A stretch of 64,000 nt of DNA from Balanoglossus misakiensis (GCA_040954595.2 CM082585.2:9226564-9290563); one strand, 5' to 3'; shown: positions 13,753 through 26,700, numbered from the stretch's first letter. The notes: generated from the sequence alone by a model not told the origin. Numbers and translations: made by a program.

Positions 13753-15315
13753 ATAGTTTTAAGACTGCAGAGATACTACATAATTGACTTTCATTTATTT
13801 TGTAGATTGGTATGAAAATTACACAATCACTTTTGTGTAGGGAACAGGTACGCATAGTCCCGAATAATGTATTGCACACTGGCTGCTGGCCATCAGATGC
13901 TGAAGCACAATATAGTATGCATGGATAAATTATGTACTGGTACATAAGAATACACTTACAATTTTTGTAACCAGAGTCTCTGGTTTGGCACATGCACATA
14001 AGGCGGTCGTCGCCCATTAACTCTATTTGAGAAAAGACAGTTTATGTCTTAATGTGTTTGAGATTTTAGAAGTGAAACCACATGTTTTATTATGGCAAAA
14101 AATGGGAAGTTTTTTAAACAAATAATCATTTTCAGATCTCTCTGTGAGGGTAAAGCTTAGTGAATCTTTCATTTGATGCTTTCTGAAGAGTTGTGATTTT
14201 AGAATAGAAATCCTTACTGCACATACTTGTAAGCTTCAAGAACTGTTGTGGTGTTATATTATTATATTGTTTTGTATTATATTGTACATTGTATCATTTG
14301 TGCAAATTGTTAGACTAACACACAGTTAATGCTTTGAACCCTAGATTCCCCTATGACAAGCTCATAGTTTTTAGTATGTGAGGTACAAATCGCTTTGGCC
14401 TCACATAAAACTGTGCTTTTGAATTTGAAAGGGGGATTCTCCGTCCATTGGAATTAGAAATCCATTCTTGTGATAGTTTTGGATGATTTGCTTGAGTTTT
14501 TATACATGGTCATTTACAGGGCAAAGGGGACAGATAAGTTCAAAGGTCATAATCTGGTACTGCTCACATGTTGACGTCAAAGCTGTTTTCCCAGTGTATG
14601 TAGCTGTTAGCTGTTTTATTTTTATGAATATTTTTTTTCTTGTGATACCACAGTGTGCATATTTATATTTATGTTGCTCTCACATATTTAATGGTTCTTA
14701 TGGCATTTTTCACTTGAGTTAAATATCTTGATAAAATATGCCTATTCCGTCCTATATTGTCTTGTGTGACATTTTACATGATAAAGCTATGTGTACAGTA
14801 TTCCTATTACATTTCCCCATATTTTTTCTTTCTCATCATTGCAACTGAACTCTCTTAGATGTGTTTCAAGATGCATAAATGTTGATTTTTATTAACAGTT
14901 ACTACTTTCAAGAGAAAAATTTAATATTTTAAAACAATAATACGCATAACTTGCTTACTTTGTTCATATTTTTTACCACGTTGTGCATAATATTCACGAA
15001 GACACTTAATTTGGTGTGAATGTAAATACATGTTTTCGTTAATTGTAACAAATTGGGAAATTTACCCATCCAAAGCTGCTAACCTGAGTGAAAAACTGTC
15101 AAGTTTTACGAGCGCCATCTCTGGCAGGGGTGGTGATACTTTTGTTTTTATAGCGTTGTTTTGTTTTGTTTGTGTGTGTGCTAGAATTATGCTACTACTA
15201 TGCAGCATTAAATGAAAATACAAGATTATCAACTGCTTGTGTGTATAGTGTATATTTTGCTCAAATAAACAATTTGAAATTTATTTATTATGTTTCCGTT
15301 TGCTGCTTGGCTTTG

Positions 15316-15321
15316 AATAAA
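15316..15321 (+). terminator. Candidate polyadenylation signal (AATAAA) ending the long AT-rich 3' UTR of the 487-13752 gene
   Basis: AATAAA at the end of ~1.55 kb of T-rich, CpG-poor sequence after the stop codon, shortly before the repeat-rich CpG-rich intergenic block. Other AATAAA-like hexamers lie nearby. Confidence 0.4.
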
Positions 15322-15606
15322 ATATGATTTAAAAGCAACTTAATGACTGATGATTTTTATCAATTTGTCTCTGAGTGAACTTTTCTACCCAGAACTGCTG
15401 GAACTCTCATTACAAATGCTAATCCCTGATTGGCTGTTTCCTGCATGAACACAGGTGGACTGCAGGCTATCATACATATTGATTTATTCAAATCATTACC
15501 TATGTTGTTTACTATCAGTTGTCTGTGATTGGTCACAGAAATTTTTTTCGAGTATCCCTCTCTCCTTGAATTTTAGAAAACATTGCATTCAAGTATAGAG
15601 AGGCCC

Positions 15607-15759
15607 TTGCCAACTTTGGTGATTTTGGACATTTTTCATGGGTTATAGACCATGAAAAATGTCCAAAAATGACAAAATCACCAAAGTTGGCAAAGTCGTG
15701 AATTTGGCATTTTTTGACAATTTTCATGAGCTATAACCCATGAAAAATGTCAAAAAATG
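15607..15759. repeat. Tandem pair of related imperfect palindromes (probable transposon-internal foldback sequence)
   Basis: TTGCCAACTTTGGTGATTTTG-GACATTTTTCATGG/CCATGAAAAATGTC...CAAAATCACCAAAGTTGGCAA (15607-15693), followed by CATTTTTTGACAATTTTCATG/CATGAAAAATGTCAAAAAATG (15708-15759) sharing the same core. Confidence 0.75.
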
Positions 15760-15836
15760 ACGTGGCCGTAATCCCGAGCGAAAGGGGCAGCGGTGACGTC
15801 AAATGAAACTAGAAAGGGGTAATGAGTAACGGGAAC

Positions 15837-15873
15837 CATGGAGGTACTAGTAACTAACTCTAGTACCTCCATG
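15837..15873. mobile_element. 37-bp minimal hairpin MITE with CAT...ATG ends and 7-bp TSD (P-element-like termini)
   Basis: cgggaac|CATGGAGGTACTAG-taactaact-CTAGTACCTCCATG|cgggaac: perfect 14-bp TIR, direct repeat CGGGAAC at 15830-15836 and 15874-15880. Confidence 0.8.
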
Positions 15874-16339
15874 CGGGAACCTACCTCGTATTGGAACTGG
15901 AAACGTGTTTGCTAAGTGGACGCACCTTCCAAACGATGTCGTTTCCACTCGTCTGAGTCGACAACTCTGGTCCCGGTGGAATATCCTTGCACTTTTAGGG
16001 AGGACATCGCGTTTCTAAATGTACAGCGACGTCTTTCATCACTCAACACTTCGTGTTTCGCCAGGAACTGGCATGGAAGGTGACCATCACATGGCGTTGT
16101 TGTTTTCGTGTAACCTCTGACCTTTACACGATAGCTTGGCGTCAGGGGGCGCTGTCACGAGATTGCGAAACACTTCTCCTGGAATCAGTCACCTGGTTTT
16201 AAATGTCTTCTTCTGTGTTTATTGCTGTCAAAGAATTGGTAGAAAGCCCAAAGAAGGGCATTGGTTTATTAGAAGTGGTTAAATTTCAATCAGAGCTGCT
16301 TCACTAAAAATCATTTAAGTAACCCTACCCCATCATTCC

Positions 16340-16415
16340 ATCACACCACCACGTACCACCATCACCCTACCCTACCACCACCACCACCACCACCACCACC
16401 ATCACAATCACCACC
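16340..16415. repeat. (CAC)n/(CAT)n simple repeat
   Basis: Imperfect CAC trinucleotide array. Confidence 0.9.
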
Positions 16416-16442
16416 GCTACCGGGCGTAGTCTTCAAAGGATC

Positions 16443-16538
16443 CAATCTGATTAAAATCAGATGTAGGGAACGGCGACTTGGTTTTTTTTTATAAAAAAAA
16501 CAAGTCGCCGTTCCCTACATCTGATTTTAATCAGATTG
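16443..16538. mobile_element. 96-bp foldback MITE with 9-bp TSD
   Basis: caaaggatc|CAATCTGATTAAAATCAGATGTAGGGAACGGCGACTTG ... CAAGTCGCCGTTCCCTACATCTGATTTTAATCAGATTG|caaaggatc: perfect 38-bp TIR plus T/A-run core; TSD at 16434-16442 and 16539-16547. Confidence 0.9.
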
Positions 16539-16754
16539 CAAAGGATCCTGATGCTTTAGTGTTTAACCACCAGTGTCCCCCTATTGCATTTATTGTCCCT
16601 ACTATGCTGGTATCAACGTGTGCCTATTCACAAGATTAAACTATATGTACCAGCACTATCGCGTCACTGAACATACTGGTATGCAAATTCTTTCTCGCGT
16701 TGCGCGCGGTAGGCCTACGCAGATTGAGTCGAAGCAAGTGAACTTTCTTTTCCC

Positions 16755-18309
16755 ATGGCTATGGATAGACGAGAAGGCGTTTCCAGCGCGGTTGAGGTAA
16801 GCTTTTTTTTTTGGGGGGGGGGGGGGGGGCGTTCGGTCCGGATTGAAGAAAAGCAGGGTGTGGTCTCCGAGCAGAAAGTTTTGAAGTGCATCATCGTGAC
16901 TGGACCTACACAAACGTCTCTTTCCATGAAAACCTCGCGACCTTGTTTCTTGCATCGTACTTTTAAGGCTTTTTACCTCATTCCTACAAATCGTCACAAC
17001 ATTTTCGACGATGATAACATAACAGAGAGACTGAATACACGGTTTCCGAACGCTTCCTTTACAATGCCGGGACAGACGGCCCGCCAACTTGAAGTTAGTC
17101 ACTGAGTTTCATGTCTTAAAGAACCTGACGTCCGAGTAACTGTATTAGAGAGTGACCGTGATTAATTACGTAAGAAAGCCACTCTCTTTCTTTAGGCGTA
17201 ACCAGTCTCTATTGTAACCCCCTTTCCTCGGAAGAATAAAGCTGTGATTTTCGAATGAGTGAATTAGTTTGCCCTACGACTCAAAAGTTTACTTTTACTA
17301 CTGTTACTGGTATCACCATGTGACGTTGCATTTTCCGTTACAGGCACCAAACTGTTTCACAGAAGAGCAAATATACTGTAAGTTCTTAACTCCTCCATTA
17401 ATGATGAAAAATGAGGGTTCTGCTATTTACGTGTTTTTGTATGTACATGTATGTGCTTGTACATGTCTTTCTAAATTGCAATCATCTAGGCCTATATTTC
17501 TGCAGCATTTAGAGAGGCGTTTCTTGGCTATGACCGATTCGGAGACGGCCGGGTGAGGGTAAAGGAACTCGGAAAAATTCTGAAGGCTTGCGGAGAGAAT
17601 CCATCGATGGAAGAACTACATCAATTATGGAATGAAGCCTCAGTTGATGGTATGGCGTCGCTGAACTTCTTGTAGCAAACTGGCAATAAACCTTTTGGGG
17701 CATGTGCAGCGCTACCAACGTCATAAAAATAGAATACTTTTCCAGAAAACACGAAGACTTTCTGATTTTGAAAGTTTGTGACGATTATGATAAAAATGAG
17801 TTGGTTATAAAACAAGCATGGTATGTAGTATTCATGAATGTTTGATTTATAATCTACATATGGCAGGCAAAAAGACGATAGATTTCGCAGACTTCCTCAA
17901 CATCATGGCCAAGAGATTGGTTTTTGACCCGGAGGGCGACATCAAAGCGGCCTTCCGTACGTTCGACGTCAAGGCTACAGGGTTTATCGACGGTTTTGAA
18001 CTCAGACATGTTTTGGAGAATTTGCACGAAGTGGATATATCTTCCCAGGAAATCGGTGAACTCATTGAAGACATCGATCTGAATAAAGATGGCCGTATCA
18101 ATTATGGAGGTAATACTTTCGATCAATGAGTATGTGTATGTACAAGTGAGAGCACGTGAGATCAGTTGGTATCTGTCTGTCTGTCTGTTTTCTGACGGCG
18201 ACGATGACGTCACTTAACGCCATCTCCCCTTTGATCCGCAGAATTTCTCAACGTCATGAAAACAGCAGAAGACTTCGAAACGGTTGGGCGCCTTAAGAGA
18301 AAGAAGTGA
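16755..18309 (+). CDS. Calmodulin-like protein 1 (divergent, ~176 aa, only EF4 canonical, basic C-terminal tail)
   Basis: join(16755..16796,17344..17377,17506..17649,17867..18109,18242..18309). Exons of 144 and 243 nt as in calmodulin genes. Translation MAMDRREGVSSAVE-APNCFTEEQIYSFREAFLGYDRFGDGRVRVKELGKILKACGENPSMEEL...DLNKDGRINYGEFLNVMKTAEDFETVGRLKRKK*. First-exon assignment is less certain. Confidence 0.88.
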
Positions 18310-19112
18310 GGGCGGTAGACACAACGACGCAATAAAAAATGGACGCATGATTAATCTCCCTAAATCATCGAAAGTTCCTGGGTTATAAAAGAAAGGAGAA
18401 ATAACTAAGTATCGATCGAGAACTGGGGCGAATATTTTCTGTGCATACACACAGGCACTTGAGGTGGACGCACACATTTGTGAAGTCGTCCCAATGTAAA
18501 TAGTTTGTAATAAAGAGTATTTTTTTATAGTTGAATACAACATCTTTTGACAACTGGTACATATGTATATTGATCCATTGTTTTGTTGTTATTGTTGAAA
18601 AGATTCAACTGCTGGCATTTTAATGATCGATTTCCACTTGGGCTTTCGTTATAGTACGCCCACAAACTTTTATCGCCCTCTTTAGTCGATCTCCATAGCT
18701 GTCGTTGTCCAGCAACCCTGGCGCGCCCCGGTTACTCAGATCAGAAACTGTCAGGCCTCTATAACAGTAACTGTGTTAAGTGGGACACTTTCCTAAAGAC
18801 AGAGAGAGAGGGGGGAGGGGAGGCTTTCCTTAAGTTCTGTCCCCGAGATGCAAACTACTTTAAACGGAGACCTTCTTTGCTTGCATGTTATTTCTCATTC
18901 AATTTCTTCTAACACCATCTGGCTTAATCCGAAGCTTTTAACCCTACAGTGACCCCAGCCTGCTCTCGCAAAAACAAAGCAGCTCAGATCCGTAATTCAT
19001 GAATACTATCCATTTGTTCATTTGTTTAATCATTATCTATTGGTTCAGAACTGGTGAAAGCTCAACAGTAGCACCTGGTCACGAATCGGTTGCGTGCAGA
19101 AACGACATTTGG

Positions 19113-19487
19113 TAGTCTGGTTCCCTGCCCCAATCCCACCGCTGGCTGCGCTACGCTAAAGGGAAAGGGGTCAGGTACGGCCCGATTTCACACCCAGAAA
19201 CCTGGGTGTGAAACAAGATGGATGCCTCCAATGTCCGTATGCCAGTCAAGATTCATCCAGGCAGTTTATTTTGTTTCGTTTGTTGTAAAGTTGGAAATCG
19301 AATGATAAACATTCATGGAGGTGAAGGAGAGAACGGGAAATGAGTATCTTACAACAACTTATCAATTTAACAACTTAATTTTCGTATGTATTGACCAATG
19401 AGAGCCATGTTTACAATAGGCCGTGCCTGACCCTTTCCCTTTAGCGTAGCGCAGCCAGCGGTGGGATTGGGGCAGGGAACCAGACTA
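19113..19487. mobile_element. 375-bp non-autonomous DNA transposon, TAG...CTA termini, ~70-bp TIR, 9-bp TSD (Academ/AcademH-like or Mutator-like)
   Basis: gacatttgg|TAGTCTGGTTCCCTGCCCCAATCCCACCGCTGGCTGCGCTACGCTAAAGGGAAAGGG... and its inverse ending ...GGGGCAGGGAACCAGACTA|gacatttgg; TSD at 19104-19112 and 19488-19496. Confidence 0.9.
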
Positions 19488-20114
19488 GACATTTGGCAGC
19501 TGTAGAGGTAATAAACATCGAACAAACGAACACAAGCTTGTATATGATAAAATTTATATCTTGACCCCAGTGTCCGTATCAAATATGATTGATGGGAAGA
19601 CCAAAATGGATGAGCAAATTCTACGTGGCATCTGACAAAGGAGACGAATGATGTTTCCTAAACGCCAATACAATTAAAATATTTGCCAGTTTGCTTTATA
19701 AAATCCAAGCATTTCAAAAGCCCTAGCAAAAACAATATTCTTCGTCTGTGTACACCAATTGAAATTTACCAGTATCTTTCACAAAGTCTCTACGACTCAA
19801 TTTACACGTTTACCAAATCTAATAATCAAAGTTGTAAGTTTGCCAAATCTATTAGTAAATGCTAAGGCATTGTGTTTCATAGAAAATGAAACAAGAACAG
19901 TTCTTTTATAGAAATTCAATGATAACTTCCACGTGTTTGTCCACTTGGTTGATGTTACGTTGAAATCCGCCACAACCAGACGCGCGGTAATGGACATAAA
20001 TAATCTAGAGTCACCCGTTTACAAAATGAAATTTGCGGGGTTGAGACAGACGTTCAGACTAATCATTGATGTAACGCACAATAAGAAGGGGATCTGAAAC
20101 ACCTGATGAGACAT

Positions 20115-20128
20115 GTCACCATGGCAAC
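20115..20128. promoter_or_regulatory. RFX X-box motif GTCACCATGGCAAC
   Basis: Near-perfect match to the RFX consensus GTNRCC-AT-GGYAAC; upstream of calmodulin-like 2. Confidence 0.5.
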
Positions 20129-23100
20129 AGTCAGGCTGTTAAATGAAAGCCATCCTTTGCAATCTACATTTTGCTGGTTATATGTATATAGGTTGGGATG
20201 ACCAGCTTAATACTTGGCATGAAGTGGAACAGGAAATTGGTGGACATTAATTAATAATTAATTTATTAAAAGTTCTTGTGCTCACGAAAGCATGCAAGAC
20301 ATTAAGCTAAAATAAAGTCGAGTCCAATTTTCCCCAAGTGTCTTATTAAACAGTGTCTGTCGATTAATTTTACAGAAATGGACTTATGTATTTATGTATC
20401 AATTAATTAATTAACTAGATATACAGCTGCGAGTCTCATTAATTAGCAGCGGGTCAAAACGTCACGCTTCGGCGCGGTGCCGTATGCATGTCTAACAGTT
20501 CCGTTCCGTTCCGTCTCGGTCGACCGGGGATTTCCTTCGAGTGCGAGAACAGTGCTGACTCGACATTTTCCACAATATTTAAGAAACCCTAACTGAAAAA
20601 GTAGCACGGGAATACCCTGTTTTCACTCTGTGCTTGTTTTTTAGCATTCACTGATATACAAAATGACAAAAATGACAATATTCTAACTTTTGAATAGTCT
20701 ACTGCCTTAAGACTCGGGGCGACGCACCCCATCCCCGGAGCAATGAACGCAGAAACGCCGGGGAGGGGGAATGCCAGATAGTGAGACTGGCACTCACATC
20801 CAGGACGAGTCCTTAGCCGATTGAAATTGATGGTATACATGATTTGCGCGTGGCTTTATCAATTTTTAAAATATTAATCGTCACGCTCATCATTAAAGAG
20901 ACGAGAACCCGTCTCCTTGTCACGGGCATGACGCTTTTGATCGACTGCACAATACGTGTACACACTACAGAGTTCGCAGGTAAGATGTGAATAAAAGCGC
21001 ACGTCTGGTTCAACGTTCATTAGAAATTGAATTCTTCTCAAAGTAAACAAATGATAGGAGACTTCTTTTTTATGTAATAATACCCAGAGAACGTGATTGG
21101 CATTCTAACGATGAACTAAGCTTACTTCAGTTGTATTTTAATTTCGAAATATTGATCAACATTCTGAAGTAAAGCGCATTGAAAAGATTTCCGTGATTAT
21201 CATTCAGGTTTAGAGTAAATCTATATTAATTATCAATAAAAAGACAGGCGCTCTGGGATTTATGAAAAGCACAGAATCTAACCATGCTGCGGTACTGTTT
21301 CTATGTGGTCGATTTCTCTGAATAAATAATTTAGAAAAACCTTGTTATGTCATTCGATACAGCTCAACGGCTCGATGGAGAGTTACCCTTATTGGCTTTC
21401 ATTGCACAAAGGTTAATTTGCTTGATTTATTCATTTTATTCGTTCGCGGTTATTTATTTGCTTTGGTAAGTGTTTACGTTTTGCGGAGTCTCAGTCTAAA
21501 CTGAGCTGACTTCTGCGTCAAAGGAAGGAGAAACAGCCAATTTCGGAGACACCCACACATTGCCACACGCTAAGTAATGCCTCCGGAAAGAAACTAAACA
21601 TTTACAGTACGAGTGTACGGTCCGAGTGCATGGCTTGTGTCGATTCACACACTGAGTATAATTTGATGGTTTTGATAGCATATTAAATAAATGACACGTT
21701 TATTTATGTCTACTTACAAATAAGTTTACGTGTTCTTGTATATACCACACTATATTTTATTATATTTTTCGCGTAGATGGCATTGCGTTAGCCGGGGATC
21801 TAAATTTCAATAAAATGTGTGACATTGATGAAGTAGGCACATTTTAACGATCGTGAATTATACATGCGTCCCTGGGTGCCACCGTCAAATTTGCATAGTG
21901 CACCGTGGCAATCCAATTAAAAGATTTTTTTACTCAATCTAATAGTGTATTTTTTGTTGAATCCGTAATTGTCAGTTCAATGTTTTCGGACACAGTGTAA
22001 TAAAAGTGAATGCGCATTAGCCAAATGCGTTTGGTTACGCAACGCTTTAGACAAAATATGCATAATGCATTGTATTTATACTGCTTTCTGATAAATTATG
22101 GAATATTTAATTTTTCACACTCTGCTGGGTGGATTGGATCCTGGCTGTTTTGGATTTTTTTAAAAATTAAAACTGCAACGGAATCCACTATAATCATTGT
22201 CGAAAACCACAAGCCTCTTTGCGGCAACAAATATGTGCGTTATCATTTTTGGCGGAGCTGAAATGACGTTCTTGCTTGCGAGAAGGAGACTATTATTGAT
22301 TTTTGTCAGACTATGACAGAGTTTCCTGCTATAAGATTACATGTGATTTACAGTTCGTATTTACTTTGGGATATATCTTGCTTTCTCGCTAAACTCTCGG
22401 CCACAAAACGTAAATGCTGGTTTAATTTGGAAGTAGGGCGCATGCCCTGACTGACACAACATGGGCTGAAACTGGAGCCCGTGTGATTCCGGTAGAGTCG
22501 GCTTGTATATTTGTCAGTAAAATTGCGTCTGAACTCTGAACTTTGTGAGAAGACAGGAAATTTCCTAAGGGAATCGGTGAAACCATAATGGGGTTTTATT
22601 CTGTTCCTTAAGTTTCACGCACTTACTTTCCCCCGTGCATTTTACAATGAGTGGCCGTATATAAATGCGGTACCTCAAGATGACACGATTTTGCGTCGCC
22701 GTCTACCCCCCCCCCCCCCCCCCCCGCGGGTAGACGAAGTACACTGCCACGTGACAAAAGCCCTGAGTGCAGGCTCGCAGACTCAAACTAATTAGATAAT
22801 CGTCGCCGTCGACGAGAAAAAAAAAACCCAGCCTATTGCCTCCTGGTTGTATGAAGGTCACGGATTCCGTGCCCTGGTTTTAACAGACAGTTTTCGTCTC
22901 TGTATACCTGTTCGCGCACCCTTCCATTATTCCCATTGTCCGGGCGCCGAACAGAGCCACTTATAGAAATCACAGAAAAGTTAAACGTAAATCCGCGCAT
23001 ATTCGGTGGACTGCATCGGTGAACTGAAGCGCGAATCAAATCGGCTCTCACGTGTGATACATCGAGGACAACTCGAAGATAAATGGTTATTAGTACTACA

Positions 23101-23753
23101 TGTTGCTGCGGCGATCTGAATTTCTAATGTTCATCCCCCGTGCCCTAAGCACCTGAGCTGAACCGATGTAATAGTAGCAATTCTGAACAACGTTTCAGGC
23201 TGATATTTTCCTTTTTTTTCTTAAGGCCGTACGTTCATTTTAAGGTTCAAACGAGTATTAAACAGAAACGCCACAAAGTAATGCGATATTTATCGAATCG
23301 CGTGGAATTTTCTTTTACCGTTCCGGCTTCATAAAAGATGACATATCGAGCTCATCCGCAGGTGTGTTACCTGGATACAGTGAGATGAAGACGAGGCCGG
23401 AATGCGGATCAGAATTTCGCTGATAAAAAGCGACGAATGCCTTTGCTTGGCGTTTTAAATATCGCCGAAAGTCGTGGAGATTGGGCAGTGGGGCTCACGG
23501 CTGCAGCGGAGCGGTCTTGGCCTTTTTTTACCTTCGATCGGTCGCCCCTAAGTACAAACCTGTTATATGCAAATGTGAACCTGCGCGACTAAGCACACGA
23601 CTGATAAGAGAGGGGAGGCTCGGAACGGCATTACCTGTTCTCTCACCGTCAGCTATAGCGTGCCCGCGGGATTGCTGGTCAACCCTCGCATAGTTTTCAA
23701 CCCCGAAGAGCGGTTTACCATCTTTCTGAGACCCCCCAGAGAAAGCCAACAAC

Positions 23754-26700
23754 ATGGTAAGTGATTTTACTGTCGATATTTCTCAGGAAAGATGGACACA
23801 CGCACTCAGGTGATCTGTCCACACTGTGAGCGTTAACAGCGAGTGTTGTTTCACAGTCTCTCGCTAAGAGCCTTGTTCTCGACAGTTACTAACAACACAG
23901 TTTCCACAGATGTGTCCTCAGGTTGGACTTTACTCCCCCCGTCACTCGAGTACTTCTGCGTCTTTTGTCTATTATCTGAAGGACGCGGGGAATTTGTCCA
24001 TTAACGACCTGCTCGGGCAAGTGTGAAAAATCTGAACCGCTAGCCCGGGTTAAGTAGAGTGTCAATAAAAACCAGTGTTTGGGTACACAAACGGGAGGAT
24101 GCACGCCCACAGACAAGCAGAGGTTAGGGTGAGAAACCCTGTCTTGTCGTGGGCACCCGTTCCACACAGAAGATATCTGTCATCATTACCCAAAATCACT
24201 GTGTAACCTTTAGATCAGATAAGCAAGCAATAAATTCCAATTTCAGCGGCCGCTAAAATCCGAAAGCGGCAATATTTGGACGGTTATATTGTGCCTGGAT
24301 TCAGAAAAATCTAGCTCTACGTGAGGGTACTGGTAATTAGTGCCATTACGCCGAGGTCTACCGCGCATTCAACCTGAGACCATCCCACCTATTTAAAAGA
24401 AAAAAAACTTGACAATAATTTGACTCGGCAGTTCTGACGCCGAGCCTGAAAAATCGGAGCAGTAATTTTGTTGACATCATAGCGGACCGAAGATAATTAA
24501 TTCTCCATTCAGCGCGCGCGGGGTAATCATGAACGAGGGGGGAAATTGTTCGAGTTGTCAAGTCACCATGGCAGCACCATAATTTCTGGACGATTGTGCA
24601 AAAGGCAGACTGAGAAAAAAATCCAGGTGAAATTAGACTCTGTCAACAGCGCTTTGTGTGCGTTTAAACGCGCTGGAAATTAACACAAATCATTCGACAA
24701 CATAATTACGATCATGTTTTCAGCAAATTTAATCACCCGAGCTTGCCTTTTTCAAAATTATTGCATTCTCACCCACTCAGCGCAATTTCTGAAACTAGTT
24801 TTTTCTCGGATTTTTGCATATCACCTGCTACTACCGGACACCGATTCTTAAAACTTACATATGGATAAAAAAAACGAATGACACTTATGAAATTGATTCG
24901 CTTAATGGAACTGTACTGTTATGCGCATATTAATGATATCGATTGGTCAAACTAAATTAGCTGGATGTGGTCGAAACTTCCGGTCGGCGAATTGTTTTGT
25001 ATTTGACGACAATTTTACATACCGGTCCAGATTGCCGGCAGAGATCTGCTCAACTTTATTTCATAGAATCCGAAGTTCTTTGTACGACTAAGCTGACCTA
25101 GAATCAATAAGTCAAACTTTAGAACTCATTTACTGTGTAACGGTATTTGATCTACATAATTCGGTTGCCAAGATGAAATTTTAAGGATGCGGTACTGAAA
25201 TCCTTGTTGTCCCTGAACATGTTTATGGTGTTTACATATTAGAGTATATACGCGGATAAAAAGGGTTGAAAAAAACTAAAATAGACTACTAATCCAACGA
25301 GAAAAGAAACTGAACCATTTAACCAGTTTTTCCTCAGTCTTAATACACATGCACAAATCAGTTACCACATCTACTATCTCACGGGTACAAAAATAAATAA
25401 TATTTTCTTGAGGTCGTTTGAGATAACTTCCCCTTTGTTGAATCAGACCGATTCCTGTTTTTCATTTCCGTAAAATTATCATTAAAACATTAAAATAATA
25501 ATTCATAACATGTGTGCTATCCTGTCATTGCTGACAAGCACAGATTTATAACTCAAAGCCGATCACGTAGGGACATTTCATTATTATCAAAGGAAGTCTA
25601 TTTTCCCTGCGTGTTGAATCTCGTGCGAGGCCTGTCCGTGCATGTATGACGTCATTATGTTGTCAGGTATCCGACTGTTTTGACGGGGACGGCACTTGGC
25701 AGTCGACACCTGTGGCGAAATTGCCTTCTCGGTCGAGAGGTGGCTTCTTGAGTGTTTCTGCCCGCGATCCGTATTCAGCACACGGCGCTGATTGCAGCAG
25801 AGCTGCGATATACAAAACCTCGGTGATATGATACAGCTCCCCATCCATCAAAACACCGCGATAAATCACAGATATCTGAAGCGAGGCAACGTCTCCTTTA
25901 CCGCGTTATCAATGTCCTGTCATCACACCGTATCTGCATGATAATTATGCACATATCAACCAGTTGCTTTCACATGCACACCGTCTATTTTACATCAACG
26001 CAGCTATTCTGTGTATACGTGTCAATCAGCAGAATTGTAAGGCAGTGCGCGTCGTTGTAACTCGTACTCGTTGCCAAGGCGATTATTATCATCTCAGATG
26101 CTCGGTCAGACGTGTACTCCCGTGGGGTGGGTCTGCCGTTTTGGGGGCTAAAATAGCTCTTGGGCAAAAACAACACGTGGAATATTTGCTCGCATAGTAC
26201 TGCCTACAGGTGGGCGCTGAGGACCCCCCCCCCCCCACGCACGCGCTCATTATTTATGCGCAATACGCTACGAATAACCGGGGAAACGGATGCTCATCTT
26301 CAAGACGTTGAATGATGAGGCGGAGGTGACAACTTCGAGAGCACTCCATTTATCGACCATTAATTTACCGACTGCTTGAAGACACTGTTTATGTTATACG
26401 CATAAATGACAGCCAGCGTCGACGCATTTCATTTAGCCTGTTCAGTATTGCTTGCCTCGAATATCGCGGAGGATGAATTCCAACATCGCGGTATTTGAGA
26501 GACTCGTTACCATGGTAAACTAAGCTATTATGCGTTTGTTTTGACATTAGGAAGTGAAGTAAAAAGGTGACGTCATTTATAAAAAGAAAGAGGGGGGGGG
26601 GGAACCATACACGTTTACTCGATATAAAATTATTTTCTCCCCCAAGTAACGCGTTCCCACATGTATAATTTGGGGGTCAAACTCTTGATATGAATATTTT

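Noticed and set aside
19090-19582. Two opposite-strand ORFs sharing SLVPCPNPTAGCATLKGKG
   Set aside because: Produced by the terminal inverted repeats of the 19113-19487 transposon.
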